The notes: generated by a model from the letters alone, not told the origin. Shown: positions 9,665 through 20,964, counted from the stretch's first letter. The stretch: 64,000 nucleotides of DNA from Alistipes sp. (GCA_045645705.1 JAZRJJ010000058.1:33746-97745); one strand, 5' to 3'. Translations and numbers: made by a program.

Positions 9665-11023
9665 ATGAAAAAGATTTTGAAATTCGCTATTCTTCCACTC
9701 TTCGCACTTGCTATGCTTGTAGCATGTGAGGAGCCTGCACCTACTCCTGACCAGCCCACTCCCGACAATCCCACTCCCGACGACCCTGTGAAGGAGGAGA
9801 TGTTCGAGATTACTGTGTCGAATGTCGCAACAACATCTGCATGGCTCGACATCAAGCCAAAGGATAAGAGCATGAGCTACTATTTCGACCTTATCCCCGA
9901 GGAGGATTATGTATCGAGCAACGGTAATGTAGGCGCATTCTTCGAGGCTATCATTGCCTACTACCAGACAATGTATCCCTCTATCGACATCACTACCTTC
10001 TTGCCCAACCTCCTATCTATGGGTGACGATTCGGACTCTGTATCAGGTCTTGAGCCCAACACTACCTACTATGCATATGCCGTAGAGGTTAACCCTTCGA
10101 ATGGTGCTGCTGGTAGCAACTGGAGCGTTGCAAAGTTCACTACTTTGGAGGGTGGCGACCCTGCACAGTGTACTTTTGCCTTCGAGGTGCGCAATGTCTT
10201 CGCTACAGAGGTTGAGTTCTCAATCACTCCTTCGGATGAGTCTATCGCTTACTGGTATGCTGTGACATCTGTGGATGGCTATCCTGGCGACCAGCTTCTC
10301 CAGGCAGAGGTTAAGCAGCTTATCGACCAGTATGCTGCCGAGAACAACATGACTCTTGAGGATATGATGCCTCGTTTGGTAATGCGTGGTCATGTTGACG
10401 ACACATGGTTCGAGTTGGAGCGTTCTACATCTTACTACATCTATGCATATGCAATGGATGAGCAGGGTAACGCTGCGGGCCCAATCTACAAGGAGCTCTT
10501 CACAACTTTGGATACCGACATCTCAAGCGCAGCAATCGATCTGCAGTGCCGCATCTTCGATGGTGATGAGTTGTATGCATACGACAGCGAGAAGTTCGCA
10601 AATGTACAGGGTCGTGCCGTTTTGCAGTGCGAGGCTACTCCTAACGACGCTGCTTACTACTGGCTCATGATGCTCGCTGCTGGCGACTTCACCGACGCTT
10701 CGGTATATCCCGATGATGCTACCATCAACGCTATGCTCGAGGCTGGTGGCCAGTTCAACCAGTTGGTAACACACTACTACGCAGACTGGAACGCAACTGC
10801 TACATTGTTGGGCTTCGCTGCCGACTACAACATGATTTATGGTCCTTTGACTCGTAACCTCATCACTATCTCGAAGGAGAACTGCGCTCCTGTTAGCGAG
10901 TACCTCGAGAACGAGGCTTCACCATATTCACAGGCTATGAGCCTCGCTCCCGCGCGTGTTAACTCTGTGGTTGACACCAAGGTTAAGAGCGGCGCAAAGG
11001 CTGGCTTCCGTGCAAATATCTAA
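9665..11023 (+). CDS. Surface lipoprotein with FN3-like repeats
   Basis: Lipobox VAC-EEP, PTPD linker, repeated GLEPNTTYYAYA / LERSTSYYIYAYA ... FTT modules. Confidence 0.6.
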   Translation: MKKILKFAILPLFALAMLVACEEPAPTPDQPTPDNPTPDDPVKEEMFEITVSNVATTSAWLDIKPKDKSMSYYFDLIPEEDYVSSNGNVGAFFEAIIAYYQTMYPSIDITTFLPNLLSMGDDSDSVSGLEPNTTYYAYAVEVNPSNGAAGSNWSVAKFTTLEGGDPAQCTFAFEVRNVFATEVEFSITPSDESIAYWYAVTSVDGYPGDQLLQAEVKQLIDQYAAENNMTLEDMMPRLVMRGHVDDTWFELERSTSYYIYAYAMDEQGNAAGPIYKELFTTLDTDISSAAIDLQCRIFDGDELYAYDSEKFANVQGRAVLQCEATPNDAAYYWLMMLAAGDFTDASVYPDDATINAMLEAGGQFNQLVTHYYADWNATATLLGFAADYNMIYGPLTRNLITISKENCAPVSEYLENEASPYSQAMSLAPARVNSVVDTKVKSGAKAGFRANI

Positions 11024-11044
11024 TTAGCACAGCGGCTAATACGA

Positions 11045-11080
11045 GCGACCCACAGTCATCCGACTGTGGGTCGTTTTTTT
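11045..11080 (+). terminator. Intrinsic terminator of the lipoprotein operon
   Basis: CGACCCACAGTC-ATCC-GACTGTGGGTCG followed by a T run. Confidence 0.85.
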
Positions 11081-11139
11081 GTTGTTACACCAGTCGCCAT
11101 CACTTGCAACCGCGCATCCGAAGCAGTGCTCCAACGAGC

Positions 11140-11301
11140 CTACTCCTCCACCTCAAACATCTCCTTACCTAAACCACATAGAGGGCATGTCCACTCTTCG
11201 GACACATCCTCCCATGCCGTGCCTGCTGGAATACCATTCTCTGGATCACCTATCTCAGGGTCGTAAACATAGTGACATGCTGTGCATACATACTTCTTCA
11301 T
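11140..11301 (-). CDS. Rubredoxin (53 aa)
   Basis: [15 protein letters not shown]...WTCPLCG, two CxxC motifs; start at 11301. Confidence 0.95.
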   Translation of the reverse strand: MKKYVCTACHYVYDPEIGDPENGIPAGTAWEDVSEEWTCPLCGLGKEMFEVEE

Positions 11302-11418
11302 AGTCTCGAAAATTAAAGGTTTTAGGCCATACCTATATATATTATAGGCGCGTGTCCTACTCGCTTTGGAGTTATGCAATACGTAGGCCAGAAGTGGGGT
11401 GTTGTGCTGTGTGTATAC

Positions 11419-11456
11419 AAAAAAAAGCATCCAACCCATAGGGGTCGGATGCTTTT
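11419..11456 (-). terminator. Intrinsic terminator after secG
   Basis: GCATCCAACCC-ATAG-GGGTCGGATGC hairpin flanked by A and T runs. Confidence 0.75.
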
Positions 11457-11477
11457 GCTCTCGCAAGGTGTTGTGGA

Positions 11478-11864
11478 TTACTCCTGCTCAGTTGTCTCCT
11501 CTGCTGCAACCTCAGCAACCTCAGCAGTTGCGTTAGGATCAGCCTCGTTCTCGATAACAACCTCCTCAGCAGCAGCCTCGCTCTTTGCCTCGTTCAAAAG
11601 GCTGTCGATAACCTCAGTGTTAACAGTCTCAGCCTCCTTCTTGTCTGCAGAGAGTGCAACAACAGAGAGGAGTGTGAAGAATACAACTGCGGCGATCATT
11701 GCCCATGTGAACTTCTCGAGGAAGTCTGAAGTCTGGCGAACACCCATTGTCTGGTTAGCAGCACCGAAGTTAGCAGCCATGCCGCTCTTGGGGCTCTGAA
11801 CCAACACTGCAAGTATCAAAAGGATACTTGCGATAGCAATCATAATAATGCAAAAAAGATACAT
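11478..11864 (-). CDS. secG: Preprotein translocase subunit SecG
   Basis: [15 protein letters not shown]...FLEKFTW, two TM segments, acidic tail. Confidence 0.93.
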   Translation of the reverse strand: MYLFCIIMIAIASILLILAVLVQSPKSGMAANFGAANQTMGVRQTSDFLEKFTWAMIAAVVFFTLLSVVALSADKKEAETVNTEVIDSLLNEAKSEAAAEEVVIENEADPNATAEVAEVAAEETTEQE

Positions 11865-11892
11865 AATCGTTATATAATTTAATTATTCTTCG

Positions 11893-12363
11893 TTACTTTC
11901 TATTTATCTTACCCTCAATTTCGTTGATAAGTCCCGCAAAGTAAATACTTTTTTCTGAATTTAGCAAACTTAATTTGCGATATATCGCTATTGCCTCGCT
12001 ATATAGCCCCTGATTTTTATAAATTTCTGCCAAATCTTCGCTTATCATATCGTCATCCTCCTCGATTTCCACCTTCGCGAGGTCGTCTGCCGTGCCCTCT
12101 TCGGCCACGATGCGATAGTCGTTGAGCTTGAGGAAACGGTCGATGAGGTCGTCGGTCGAGAGGTGAGTCAATCGCGCAACATCTATGAGGCGTTTCGCTA
12201 TTAGCGCCGTGGGGTGTAATGTCGCTATCAGGCGCGTCTTGGCATCGCAGTTATTGGCCCCCTCCTTGCGTGCAAGAGATAGGCGTGCAGCACTCCACCA
12301 TGGGTAGCGCTCAACCACAGCCTTGACCTCCTCTATATTAATATGGTTATTTCCTGCCTCCAT
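11893..12363 (-). CDS. Conserved Bacteroidetes TPR-like hypothetical protein
   Basis: ISEDLAEIYKNQGLYSEAIAIYRKLSLLNSEKSIYFA; usual position between lptE and secG. Confidence 0.7.
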   Translation of the reverse strand: MEAGNNHINIEEVKAVVERYPWWSAARLSLARKEGANNCDAKTRLIATLHPTALIAKRLIDVARLTHLSTDDLIDRFLKLNDYRIVAEEGTADDLAKVEIEEDDDMISEDLAEIYKNQGLYSEAIAIYRKLSLLNSEKSIYFAGLINEIEGKINRK

Positions 12364-12375
12364 ACTCTATGCATA

Positions 12376-12906
12376 CTACCAGTTTCCGGCTGCTGCCATG
12401 TAGATGTCGTTTACGAGGTCCTCGACAATCTCCTCGATAAGCTGGTCCTGAACATCGACCAGGAGCTGCGATGCGTCATAGTCGGCATACGACGAGAAGG
12501 AGCGTGCGTTGAACGATGTAGTCTGGTCCACAGCGTTCTGGAATGTTACCTTCACGGTGATGGTGAGGCGGTTCTGCAGTGCATAGTCGCCACTCGACAC
12601 CGATGCTGTTGTAGAAGAGTAGTTCGTAATCTCGCCCTCGAATGCGAAGTCGCCGCCCTCCTCAACCTGCTGGAGGCGTGTCTGGCGTGAGAACTTGTCG
12701 CGCAAGCCCTCGGTCAACACGTTACTCAACGTAGGCGCAACCATGGGTGCGTTGTTCGGAAAGTATGCCACCGAGAATGTCTTGGCCTCGGGTGGGATAG
12801 AGCCTCCCGAGAGGTTGTATGTAACCTTGTATCCGCAACTCGTTGCAAAGCAGAGTGATACGACAGTAATAACTGCAATGGCAAATATCGAAATGAGTCT
12901 TCTCAT
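12376..12906 (-). CDS. lptE: LptE-family lipoprotein
   Basis: Lipobox TSC, YNLSGGSIPPEAKTFSVAYFPNNAP, NRLTITVKV, C-terminal NW. Confidence 0.8.
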   Translation of the reverse strand: MRRLISIFAIAVITVVSLCFATSCGYKVTYNLSGGSIPPEAKTFSVAYFPNNAPMVAPTLSNVLTEGLRDKFSRQTRLQQVEEGGDFAFEGEITNYSSTTASVSSGDYALQNRLTITVKVTFQNAVDQTTSFNARSFSSYADYDASQLLVDVQDQLIEEIVEDLVNDIYMAAAGNW

Positions 12907-12911
12907 AGTGT

Positions 12912-14153
12912 TTATAGCTTTGTGTTGTCGTCAATTCCTAACGCCTTCATGCGGCGATATAGTGTGCGCTCCGAGATGAAGAGCTCGCGTGCAGCATCCT
13001 TACGGCGGTAGCCATGCTTCTGCAACGCCTGAACTATCTGCTCGCGCTGCACATCCTCCTTCGTTAGCTCGTGCATAGGCTCCTCGTCAACCTCCTCATC
13101 CACCACATCGTAGTCATAGCTAAGGTCGTTGGTAGGGTGGTTGGGAAGCGCAGGGAGCAGTGCGGTGATATCTTCGCGGCGCTCTGTGGGGGCACTCTGT
13201 GGTACATTGCCACGCATCGCCTCCATCATCATGCGCTTGAGGTCGTTGATGTCGCTACGCATGTCGAAGAGTATCTTGTAGAGCAACTCGCGCTCGGTGT
13301 TCATGCTCTCGTAGCTGGTGTTGTCGTTGTTGCCACCCACGGTGCGCACCGAGTAGCCATCATTGGGGAGGTAGCGGCGCAGTATGTCGGATGTTATGGT
13401 ACGGCTCTGCTCGATAGCCGAAATCTGCTCTGCCACATTCTTAAGCTGGCGGATGTTGCCACGCCAGTGGTGAGCCTCGAGCATGGCGCGGGCACCATCA
13501 TCGAGCGTTATTGCGGGCATCTTGTACTGCAATGCCACGTCGCTTGCGAACTTGCGGAAGAGGAGGTATATGTCCTCTCTGCGCTCGCGGAGGGCGGGCA
13601 CAACGATGGGCACGGTGTTGAGGCGGTAGTATAAATCCTCGCGGAAGCGACCCTCGGCTATTGCCTGCATTAGGTCGTTGTTTGTCGCTGCCACCACGCG
13701 CACATTTGTCTTCTGCACCTTCGCCGAACCAACACGCATATACTCGCCCGTCTGCAATACGCGCAACAGGCGCACCTGTGTCGAAATGGGCAATTCGCCC
13801 ACCTCATCAAGGAAGATGGTGCCTCCATCCGCCTCCTCGAAGTAACCTTTGCGGCTCTCTATGGCTCCTGTAAACGAGCCCTTTTCGTGGCCGAATAGCT
13901 CCGAGTCGATGGTGCCTTCGGGGATGGCGCCGCAGTTTACGGCGATATATTTGTTGTGCTTGCGTGCCGAGTAGGCGTGTATAACCTGAGGGAAGAACTC
14001 CTTACCCACGCCACTCTCTCCAGTCACCAAAACCGAGAGATCGGTGGGTGCTACGCGCATCGCCACCTCGAGCGCCGTGTTAAGCGCGGGGGTGTTGCCA
14101 ATGATGCCGAAGCGTTGTTTTACCGAGAGTAGTTCGTTTGCTGTCATCTGCAT
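12912..14153 (-). CDS. Sigma-54-interacting AAA+ Fis-family regulator
   Basis: GESGVGKE, ELFGHEKGSFTGA, FLDEVGE, FREDLYYRL, C-terminal HTH ISERTLYRR. Confidence 0.92.
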   Translation of the reverse strand: MQMTANELLSVKQRFGIIGNTPALNTALEVAMRVAPTDLSVLVTGESGVGKEFFPQVIHAYSARKHNKYIAVNCGAIPEGTIDSELFGHEKGSFTGAIESRKGYFEEADGGTIFLDEVGELPISTQVRLLRVLQTGEYMRVGSAKVQKTNVRVVAATNNDLMQAIAEGRFREDLYYRLNTVPIVVPALRERREDIYLLFRKFASDVALQYKMPAITLDDGARAMLEAHHWRGNIRQLKNVAEQISAIEQSRTITSDILRRYLPNDGYSVRTVGGNNDNTSYESMNTERELLYKILFDMRSDINDLKRMMMEAMRGNVPQSAPTERREDITALLPALPNHPTNDLSYDYDVVDEEVDEEPMHELTKEDVQREQIVQALQKHGYRRKDAARELFISERTLYRRMKALGIDDNTKL

Positions 14154-14161
14154 TGCCTAAT

Positions 14162-14986
14162 TTACTCGTTGATAACCTCTGTTGGTGTTACTATTGTCGT
14201 TGTGGGGAGCGTCTCCTCCAATATCTCTGGTGTGGTGAGCGAGTCTATTGCGGGCAGTGTGTCCACTACAGTTGAGTCGCTCTCGATTATTGTCACGGGG
14301 TCGGGGTGGGGTGTCACCACGATGCTCATTTGGCGTGGCCAAAGCAGGTATGCGCCACCTGCGAGTATCGCTATGAAGAGTAGCACCACAATCCAGCCTC
14401 TGCCGCCGCCATGCACTCTCTTGCCATGTCCCGACTCCTCGCGCTTCTTGTTCTTTCGGCTGTCATACTTCAAGCCACGGAGATAGGCATCGGGCTTGCC
14501 GAGTGTCAGGCCATCATCCTCTGTCTGCTGCTTGCGCTTCGATGTGCGCTTTGCTGGGCTCTCCGCTGTGGGCTGCACCACGCGGCGCTGGGGCTTTGCC
14601 TCGCGCGGAGGTATGCGCTCCTGGATAACCTCTACTGGGGGCTTGATGTTGCCTCCGAATATCTTCTGGCGTGGTGCGGGGGTGAACGATATGGTGTTGT
14701 TGATGTCGGCCGAGAACTCGCCCAAGCCCTCAATCTTCATCTTTCCGCTAACGGTAATAGCGTGGCGCACCTCGAACACAAAACGGTCGATTGCACCATT
14801 AGCCTCGAGCTCGCGCATACCTGCGTCCATGAGCAGCGAGCGGAGTACGCCATCGTCGCCACGCATGAGGTCGGAGAAGATGATTGCTCCCGACGACTGC
14901 TTAACGATGAACGTTCCCAGCTTCGGCACACAGAGTCGCTTGTTGTGCTTGAGGTATTCTACTATTATGTTAGTTAAAATCTCCAC
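14162..14986 (-). CDS. HU/CCDC81-like domain protein with one TM segment (start uncertain; GTG at 14986 chosen)
   Basis: IVEYLKHNKRLCVPKLGTF, DDGVL, IEGLGEF; hydrophobic WIVVLLFIAILAGGAYLLW. Confidence 0.6.
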   Translation of the reverse strand: MEILTNIIVEYLKHNKRLCVPKLGTFIVKQSSGAIIFSDLMRGDDGVLRSLLMDAGMRELEANGAIDRFVFEVRHAITVSGKMKIEGLGEFSADINNTISFTPAPRQKIFGGNIKPPVEVIQERIPPREAKPQRRVVQPTAESPAKRTSKRKQQTEDDGLTLGKPDAYLRGLKYDSRKNKKREESGHGKRVHGGGRGWIVVLLFIAILAGGAYLLWPRQMSIVVTPHPDPVTIIESDSTVVDTLPAIDSLTTPEILEETLPTTTIVTPTEVINE

Positions 14987-15106
14987 GCGTGCGTATAGTA
15001 AATAATCGCACAAAGGTACGAAAAAAATATTAATTACGGAATTGCTATGCGCCAAAATAGCTGAAAATTATAGCACCTTTGACCATTCTCGCGGGTGAAT
15101 GGGTGG

Positions 15107-15553
15107 CTATAGGCGTGGGAAATGGTTGATGGGGGTGTAGTTGCCCTCCTGGTCGTGGGCGTAGCAGTAGGTTGTTAATCCGTTGGTTATCACCACATAG
15201 CGGCACTTGAGTATGGAGTTGTAGCGCACCGCCTGTGCCAATACCTCGTTGTCGATTTTGATGTTTGGCTCTTTGCACTCCACGACGATGTGGGGCTCTC
15301 CCGCATTGTCCACAGCCACGATGTCGGCACGCTGTGCCATGCCGTTAATCTCCACGGGGTACTCCTCGACAATCTGTTGTGGCTGGAGGTTGCACTTCTC
15401 AAGCATAAACTCCACGACATGACGACGCACCCACTCCTCGGGCGTGAGCACAAGCCACTTGCCACGCACGCGGTCGAAGACCTCGGTGCGGCCACACTCT
15501 CCGCGGCGTGCGCGAAGGTGGATGGGAGGGAAGTTTAGCTTGGGGTACTCCAT
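15107..15553 (-). CDS. Stand-alone HsdR N-terminal-like (HSDR_N_2) domain protein
   Basis: LTPEEWVR, RADIV...IVVECK, QAVRYN, TNG. Confidence 0.85.
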   Translation of the reverse strand: MEYPKLNFPPIHLRARRGECGRTEVFDRVRGKWLVLTPEEWVRRHVVEFMLEKCNLQPQQIVEEYPVEINGMAQRADIVAVDNAGEPHIVVECKEPNIKIDNEVLAQAVRYNSILKCRYVVITNGLTTYCYAHDQEGNYTPINHFPRL

Positions 15554-15702
15554 GGTTTATGTTGTGCGTTTTGGTGCTTATCCTCGCAAAATTAGATAAA
15601 ATTTCGTGAAGCCACAAACTTATTTTGTGATTACTCGTTGCGAGATGCTTGTGTTGAGACAAAAAAGTAATATCTTTGCACAAATTAAACAAGCAAACAG
15701 AT

Positions 15703-16179
15703 ATGAATATCAATATTGATGAGCGCGTTGAGCGTGCTCGCAACTACTTCCTCGAGGGATACAACTGTGCCCAGGCAGTGGTTATGGCCTTCGACGATGT
15801 CATGGCTATGGATGTCGTGGCACTTGCCCGCCTTGCCGCACCCTTTGGTGGCGGCATGGGTCGTATGCGTGAGGTGTGCGGAACGGTTAGCGGCATGACC
15901 ATGGTGGCGGGTGCCATAGAGCCCTCGGTAGACCCCAATAATATGTCGCAGCGTCAGGCAAACTATGCTCTTGTTCAGGCATTTGCCGAGCGCTTCCGCA
16001 ACGAGAATGGCGACATCGTTTGTCGCCGCCTCTTAGGTCTTGAGCCTATGGTAGAGCGTGCCGAAACTGCTATGCCCTCGGAGCGCACTGCGGAGTACTA
16101 CAAGAAGCGCCCATGTGTGGAGTATGTAGCGTGTGCCGCCCGCATCGTAGCGGAGCACCTCGCCGCAATGAATGCCTAA
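15703..16179 (+). CDS. C_GCAxxG_C_C family putative redox protein
   Basis: GYNCAQAV, FGGGMG...VCGTVSG, CRRLLG, RPCVEYV; TATCTTTG promoter motif at 15671-15678. Confidence 0.88.
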   Translation: MNINIDERVERARNYFLEGYNCAQAVVMAFDDVMAMDVVALARLAAPFGGGMGRMREVCGTVSGMTMVAGAIEPSVDPNNMSQRQANYALVQAFAERFRNENGDIVCRRLLGLEPMVERAETAMPSERTAEYYKKRPCVEYVACAARIVAEHLAAMNA

Positions 16180-16197
16180 CTTATAATTAGAATCAAG

Positions 16198-18942
16198 ATG
16201 TCAAAACTTAAGATTGACTACTCAAAACTCGCCCTCAGGAACGACTCCGCGGAGGTTGTTGCGGGCAGAGGAAAAAATATCATCCCGCCACCCGAGCGAG
16301 AGCCGATGTGGAAGGCATACCTTGAGAAGTTCAAGGACCCCATTATAGTAGTCCTCCTTGTCGCATTTATGCTCTCGGTCTGCTTGTCGCTCTACGAGAT
16401 TTTTGCCGAGGGTGGCGCGTGGTCGCTCATGTTCGAACCCGTGGGTGTGCTTGTGGCGCTGTTGCTCGCTACGGGCGTTGGCTTCATCTTCGAGGTCAAG
16501 GCGAATAGGGAGTTCGAGATATTGAACAAGGTCAAGGACTCGCGCCCCATCAAGGTGTTGCGCGCGTCGGAAGATGGTGGCCAGCCCCGCCTGATGCAGA
16601 TTGCAAAGCAGGATGTAGTTGTTGGTGACATCGTGCGCCTGGAGAGTGGTGACGAGATTCCTGCCGATGGTATACTCTTGGACTGCAAGCAGTTGAAGGT
16701 GGATGAGTCGAACTTTACGGGCGAGACCTACGCTAATAAATATGTCGATGAGGCCGACTTCGATAGGGATGCGACCTACGATTCTAACTTCCTGCTGCGC
16801 GGCTCAACGGTCATCGAGGGCAATGGCGTTATGCGCGTCACGGCTACGGGTGTCGATACCGAGGAGGGACGCGGCGTAGCCCTTGCAAGCGAGGGTAGCG
16901 ATGTCAAGACTCCACTCAACCTGCAACTCGAGCAGCTCGGTAATTGGATTTCGAAGGCGAGCTTCATCATCGCGACATTGATTATCGTTGGCCGTATGCT
17001 CTACTTCTGGCTCTCGGGAGGCTTCGGCGAGGCATTCTCGTGGGTCGGTTTCATGTCGTTTGCCTTGAACTCGGTGATGATTGCCGTTACGCTTATCGTT
17101 GTTGCGGTGCCCGAGGGTCTGCCCATGAGCATCACGGTGAGCCTTGCTTTGAGCATGCGCCGCATGCTTAGGGAGAACAGCCTTGTGCGCAAGTTGCACG
17201 CCTGCGAGACTATGGGTGCTGCGACGGTGATTTGTAGCGATAAGACGGGTACTCTTACCAAGAACCGCATGACCGTAATGGCCTTTGATGCGGGCGACGA
17301 GGCACTCGTGGAGGATATCTATTGCAACATAGCAACCAACTCAACAGCCGAGCTTACAACCGATGACGATGGCAAACTCATGGTCATTGGCAACCCCACC
17401 GAGGGCGCACTCCTTATGTGGTTGAAAAATAGGGCGATAGACTATGCTTCGTATCGTGATGCTTATGCCGTTCTGGAGCAGGTGCCATTCTCTTCCGAGA
17501 CCAAGTCTATGAGTACGACCGTTAGTTGTGATGGCGTCGTAGTGCGATATATCAAGGGTGCTCCCGAGATTGTTATGGCGATGTGTGACCGCTTGGCTGG
17601 CAACCGCACGCGCGAGGAGTACGAAGCTCTGCTTCTGTCACATCAGCAGCGCGCTATGCGTACCCTCGGCTTTGCTATGCAGCGCATCGAGAATGGTGTT
17701 GCGGGCGAGGTCATCTTCCTCGGTGTTGCGGGCATCGCCGACCCCATTCGTGACGATGTCGCCGAGGCTATTGATACTTGTATGAACTCCGCGGGCGTGC
17801 GTGTCATCATCGTTACGGGTGACACGCCAGGCACCGCGCGCGAGATTGGCCGACAGATAGGCCTTATAACCTCTGAAGAGGAGGGTCAGATTATCACAGG
17901 ACCCGAGTTCGCAGCCCTCACGGATGAGAAGGCTCGCGAGATGCTCAAGGCTCGCACACTGAAGATTATCGCCCGCGCCCGCCCCGATGATAAGGCGCGC
18001 CTCGTAATGCTCCTGCAGTCCAATGGCGAGGTTGTGGCGGTTACGGGTGATGGCACGAATGATGCCCCTGCGTTGAGCAAGGCACAGGTGGGTCTCTCGA
18101 TGGGTGACGGTACCTCGCGTGCCAAGGAGGCGAGCGACATCACCATTATTGACAACTCCTTCGCGAGCATCAACAAGGCGATTATGTGGGGCAGGTCGCT
18201 CTACTTGAACATCCGCCGCTTCATCATCTTCCAGATGACCATCAACCTCTGCGCTTGCCTTATCGTGCTGGCGGGTGCCTTCATGGGTCTCGACTCGCCA
18301 CTCACGGTGACGCAGATGCTGTGGGTAAACCTCATCATGGATACCTTTGCTGCTATGGCCTTGTCGTCGTTGCCTCCCGATAGGGGTGTGCTCTGCGAGA
18401 AGCCCCGCAAGGCTAATAGCCACATTATAGATGGCCGCATGTTGCGATTTATCGTGGGCGGAGGTTTGACATTCTTCGTCATCCTTGTCGCCTTGTGGCA
18501 GTTCTTGTGGCATAAGCAGATTGAGAGTGTTGCGGAGATGCTCACGCTCGACTCCATGCGTATCTTCTTCCTCGAGGTATTCAGCGCCGAGAAGGTCGCT
18601 AACCACCTCACGGGCTACGAGATGGGAGTCTTCTTCTCGATATTCGTTATGTTGCAGTTCTGGAACTTGTTTAACGCCAAGTACTTCCGCACCGACCGCA
18701 GCCTTCTGCTCGATATTGTAGACCTCTTCCGCGCGCCACACAAGGTCAAGGAGTCGTACAACGCTATGTTCCTTGCTATTTTGGTAGTTATCCTTGTGGG
18801 TCAGGTGGTTATCGTAACCTTCGCGGGTCAGTTCTTCAGCGTTGCGCCCTTGTCGGTTATGGACTGGGTGTGGGTGTGTCTGCTCACGATGCCCGTGCTG
18901 CTTCTGCCCGATGTATGTCGTTTTGTGCGAGGCCTAAAATGA
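16198..18942 (+). CDS. Calcium-translocating P-type ATPase (type II)
   Basis: DESNFTGE, VPEGLP, DKTGT phosphorylation site, KGAPE, TGDGTNDAP, LWVNLIMD. Confidence 0.93.
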   Translation: MSKLKIDYSKLALRNDSAEVVAGRGKNIIPPPEREPMWKAYLEKFKDPIIVVLLVAFMLSVCLSLYEIFAEGGAWSLMFEPVGVLVALLLATGVGFIFEVKANREFEILNKVKDSRPIKVLRASEDGGQPRLMQIAKQDVVVGDIVRLESGDEIPADGILLDCKQLKVDESNFTGETYANKYVDEADFDRDATYDSNFLLRGSTVIEGNGVMRVTATGVDTEEGRGVALASEGSDVKTPLNLQLEQLGNWISKASFIIATLIIVGRMLYFWLSGGFGEAFSWVGFMSFALNSVMIAVTLIVVAVPEGLPMSITVSLALSMRRMLRENSLVRKLHACETMGAATVICSDKTGTLTKNRMTVMAFDAGDEALVEDIYCNIATNSTAELTTDDDGKLMVIGNPTEGALLMWLKNRAIDYASYRDAYAVLEQVPFSSETKSMSTTVSCDGVVVRYIKGAPEIVMAMCDRLAGNRTREEYEALLLSHQQRAMRTLGFAMQRIENGVAGEVIFLGVAGIADPIRDDVAEAIDTCMNSAGVRVIIVTGDTPGTAREIGRQIGLITSEEEGQIITGPEFAALTDEKAREMLKARTLKIIARARPDDKARLVMLLQSNGEVVAVTGDGTNDAPALSKAQVGLSMGDGTSRAKEASDITIIDNSFASINKAIMWGRSLYLNIRRFIIFQMTINLCACLIVLAGAFMGLDSPLTVTQMLWVNLIMDTFAAMALSSLPPDRGVLCEKPRKANSHIIDGRMLRFIVGGGLTFFVILVALWQFLWHKQIESVAEMLTLDSMRIFFLEVFSAEKVANHLTGYEMGVFFSIFVMLQFWNLFNAKYFRTDRSLLLDIVDLFRAPHKVKESYNAMFLAILVVILVGQVVIVTFAGQFFSVAPLSVMDWVWVCLLTMPVLLLPDVCRFVRGLK

Positions 18943-19060
18943 GGCTGAATAAAAAGTGTATTTTGTCGTTACGCTTGCCCTCAAAATGCTCATTTACGCT
19001 CAGTAAACTCCGCTTTTTCGGGCTTCGCAAGCCTAAAACTACATCTTTTTATTCAACCTC
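18941..19060. repeat. 120-bp palindromic REP/MITE-like element overlapping the ATPase stop codon
   Basis: Ends GAGGCTGAATAAAAAG / CTTTTTATTCAACCTC (1 mismatch in 16); centre TTTAC-GCTCA-GTAAA. Confidence 0.6.
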
Positions 19061-19071
19061 AAAAAGAAATA

Positions 19072-19107
19072 GGGATGGCTAAATTACTTAGTCATCCCCA
19101 TTTTTTT
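19072..19107. terminator. Terminator between convergent ATPase and ProX-like genes
   Basis: GGGATGGCTAA...TTAGTCATCCC hairpin plus T run. Confidence 0.7.
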
Positions 19108-19111
19108 ATAC

Positions 19112-19603
19112 TTAGTACAACTTTATATACTCGTATGTGTTGCCGACTTTTGTCAGGTAGCGCTCGAACTCCTCGCGCGAGATAACCACCGTGAAGCGGT
19201 TGTCGTTGGGGTGGAAGCTCAGCGCGGGCTGCTGGCGCAGGGTCTCATCGAGGAAGAGGTGCACATGGTTCTCCGTGTCGTTGATAAGACCGAAGGGCGA
19301 CACCGAACCAGGCGAGAGGCCCAGCCACTTCAGCATACGCTCGGGCGAGGCGAATGAGAGTTTGCCCTGCTTAAGAATATGCTCAAGGTCGTGAATGGCC
19401 ATCGACTGCTCCGAGTCGAATACAACCAGATAGTGGCGGTTGCCCTTGTGGTTGCGGAAGAAGAGGTTCTTGCAGTGCTTCGAACCATCCTGTCGCCAAT
19501 ACTGGCGTGCTATCTCGATTGTGGGTGCCTCGGGGTGCTCATACCACGAGTACTCTATGCCTTGCTCATCGAGCCATCTGAATACATTATCGCGTCTTTC
19601 CAT
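19112..19603 (-). CDS. YbaK/ProX-family Ala-tRNA(Pro) editing protein
   Basis: HCKNLFFRN, KLSFASPE, PGSVSPFGLIND, FHPNDN. Confidence 0.88.
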   Translation of the reverse strand: MERRDNVFRWLDEQGIEYSWYEHPEAPTIEIARQYWRQDGSKHCKNLFFRNHKGNRHYLVVFDSEQSMAIHDLEHILKQGKLSFASPERMLKWLGLSPGSVSPFGLINDTENHVHLFLDETLRQQPALSFHPNDNRFTVVISREEFERYLTKVGNTYEYIKLY

Positions 19604-19703
19604 ATCGCAAATATATAAAATTCTCCGCAAAGTTGTTGTCGAAACCGAATAAAATTCCTAACTTTGTAAGGATAAACCGAAAACTAAATTTATACACAAT
19701 ACT

Positions 19704-20840
<1,137 letters not shown>

Positions 20841-20964
20841 TTTCTTGTGATAAGGGGTCATCTGCGACCTCTCAATCCAAAGAGCGAATGGGAAATACGC
20901 TATAGTATGTCCCATCCGCTCTTTCTCTTTATCGAGGCCACATCTAACCCCTTCTGACAAGAAA
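20841..20964 (+). repeat. 124-bp rod-like hairpin repeat, copy A
   Basis: TTTCTTGTGAT...GAATGGG...CCCATCC...CTGACAAGAAA; homologous to 24272-24394 and 39187-39310. Confidence 0.85.

Noticed and set aside
15107-15553. Type I restriction-modification system
   Set aside because: Lone ~150-aa HsdR-N-like gene common in Bacteroidota; no hsdM, hsdS or helicase nearby.
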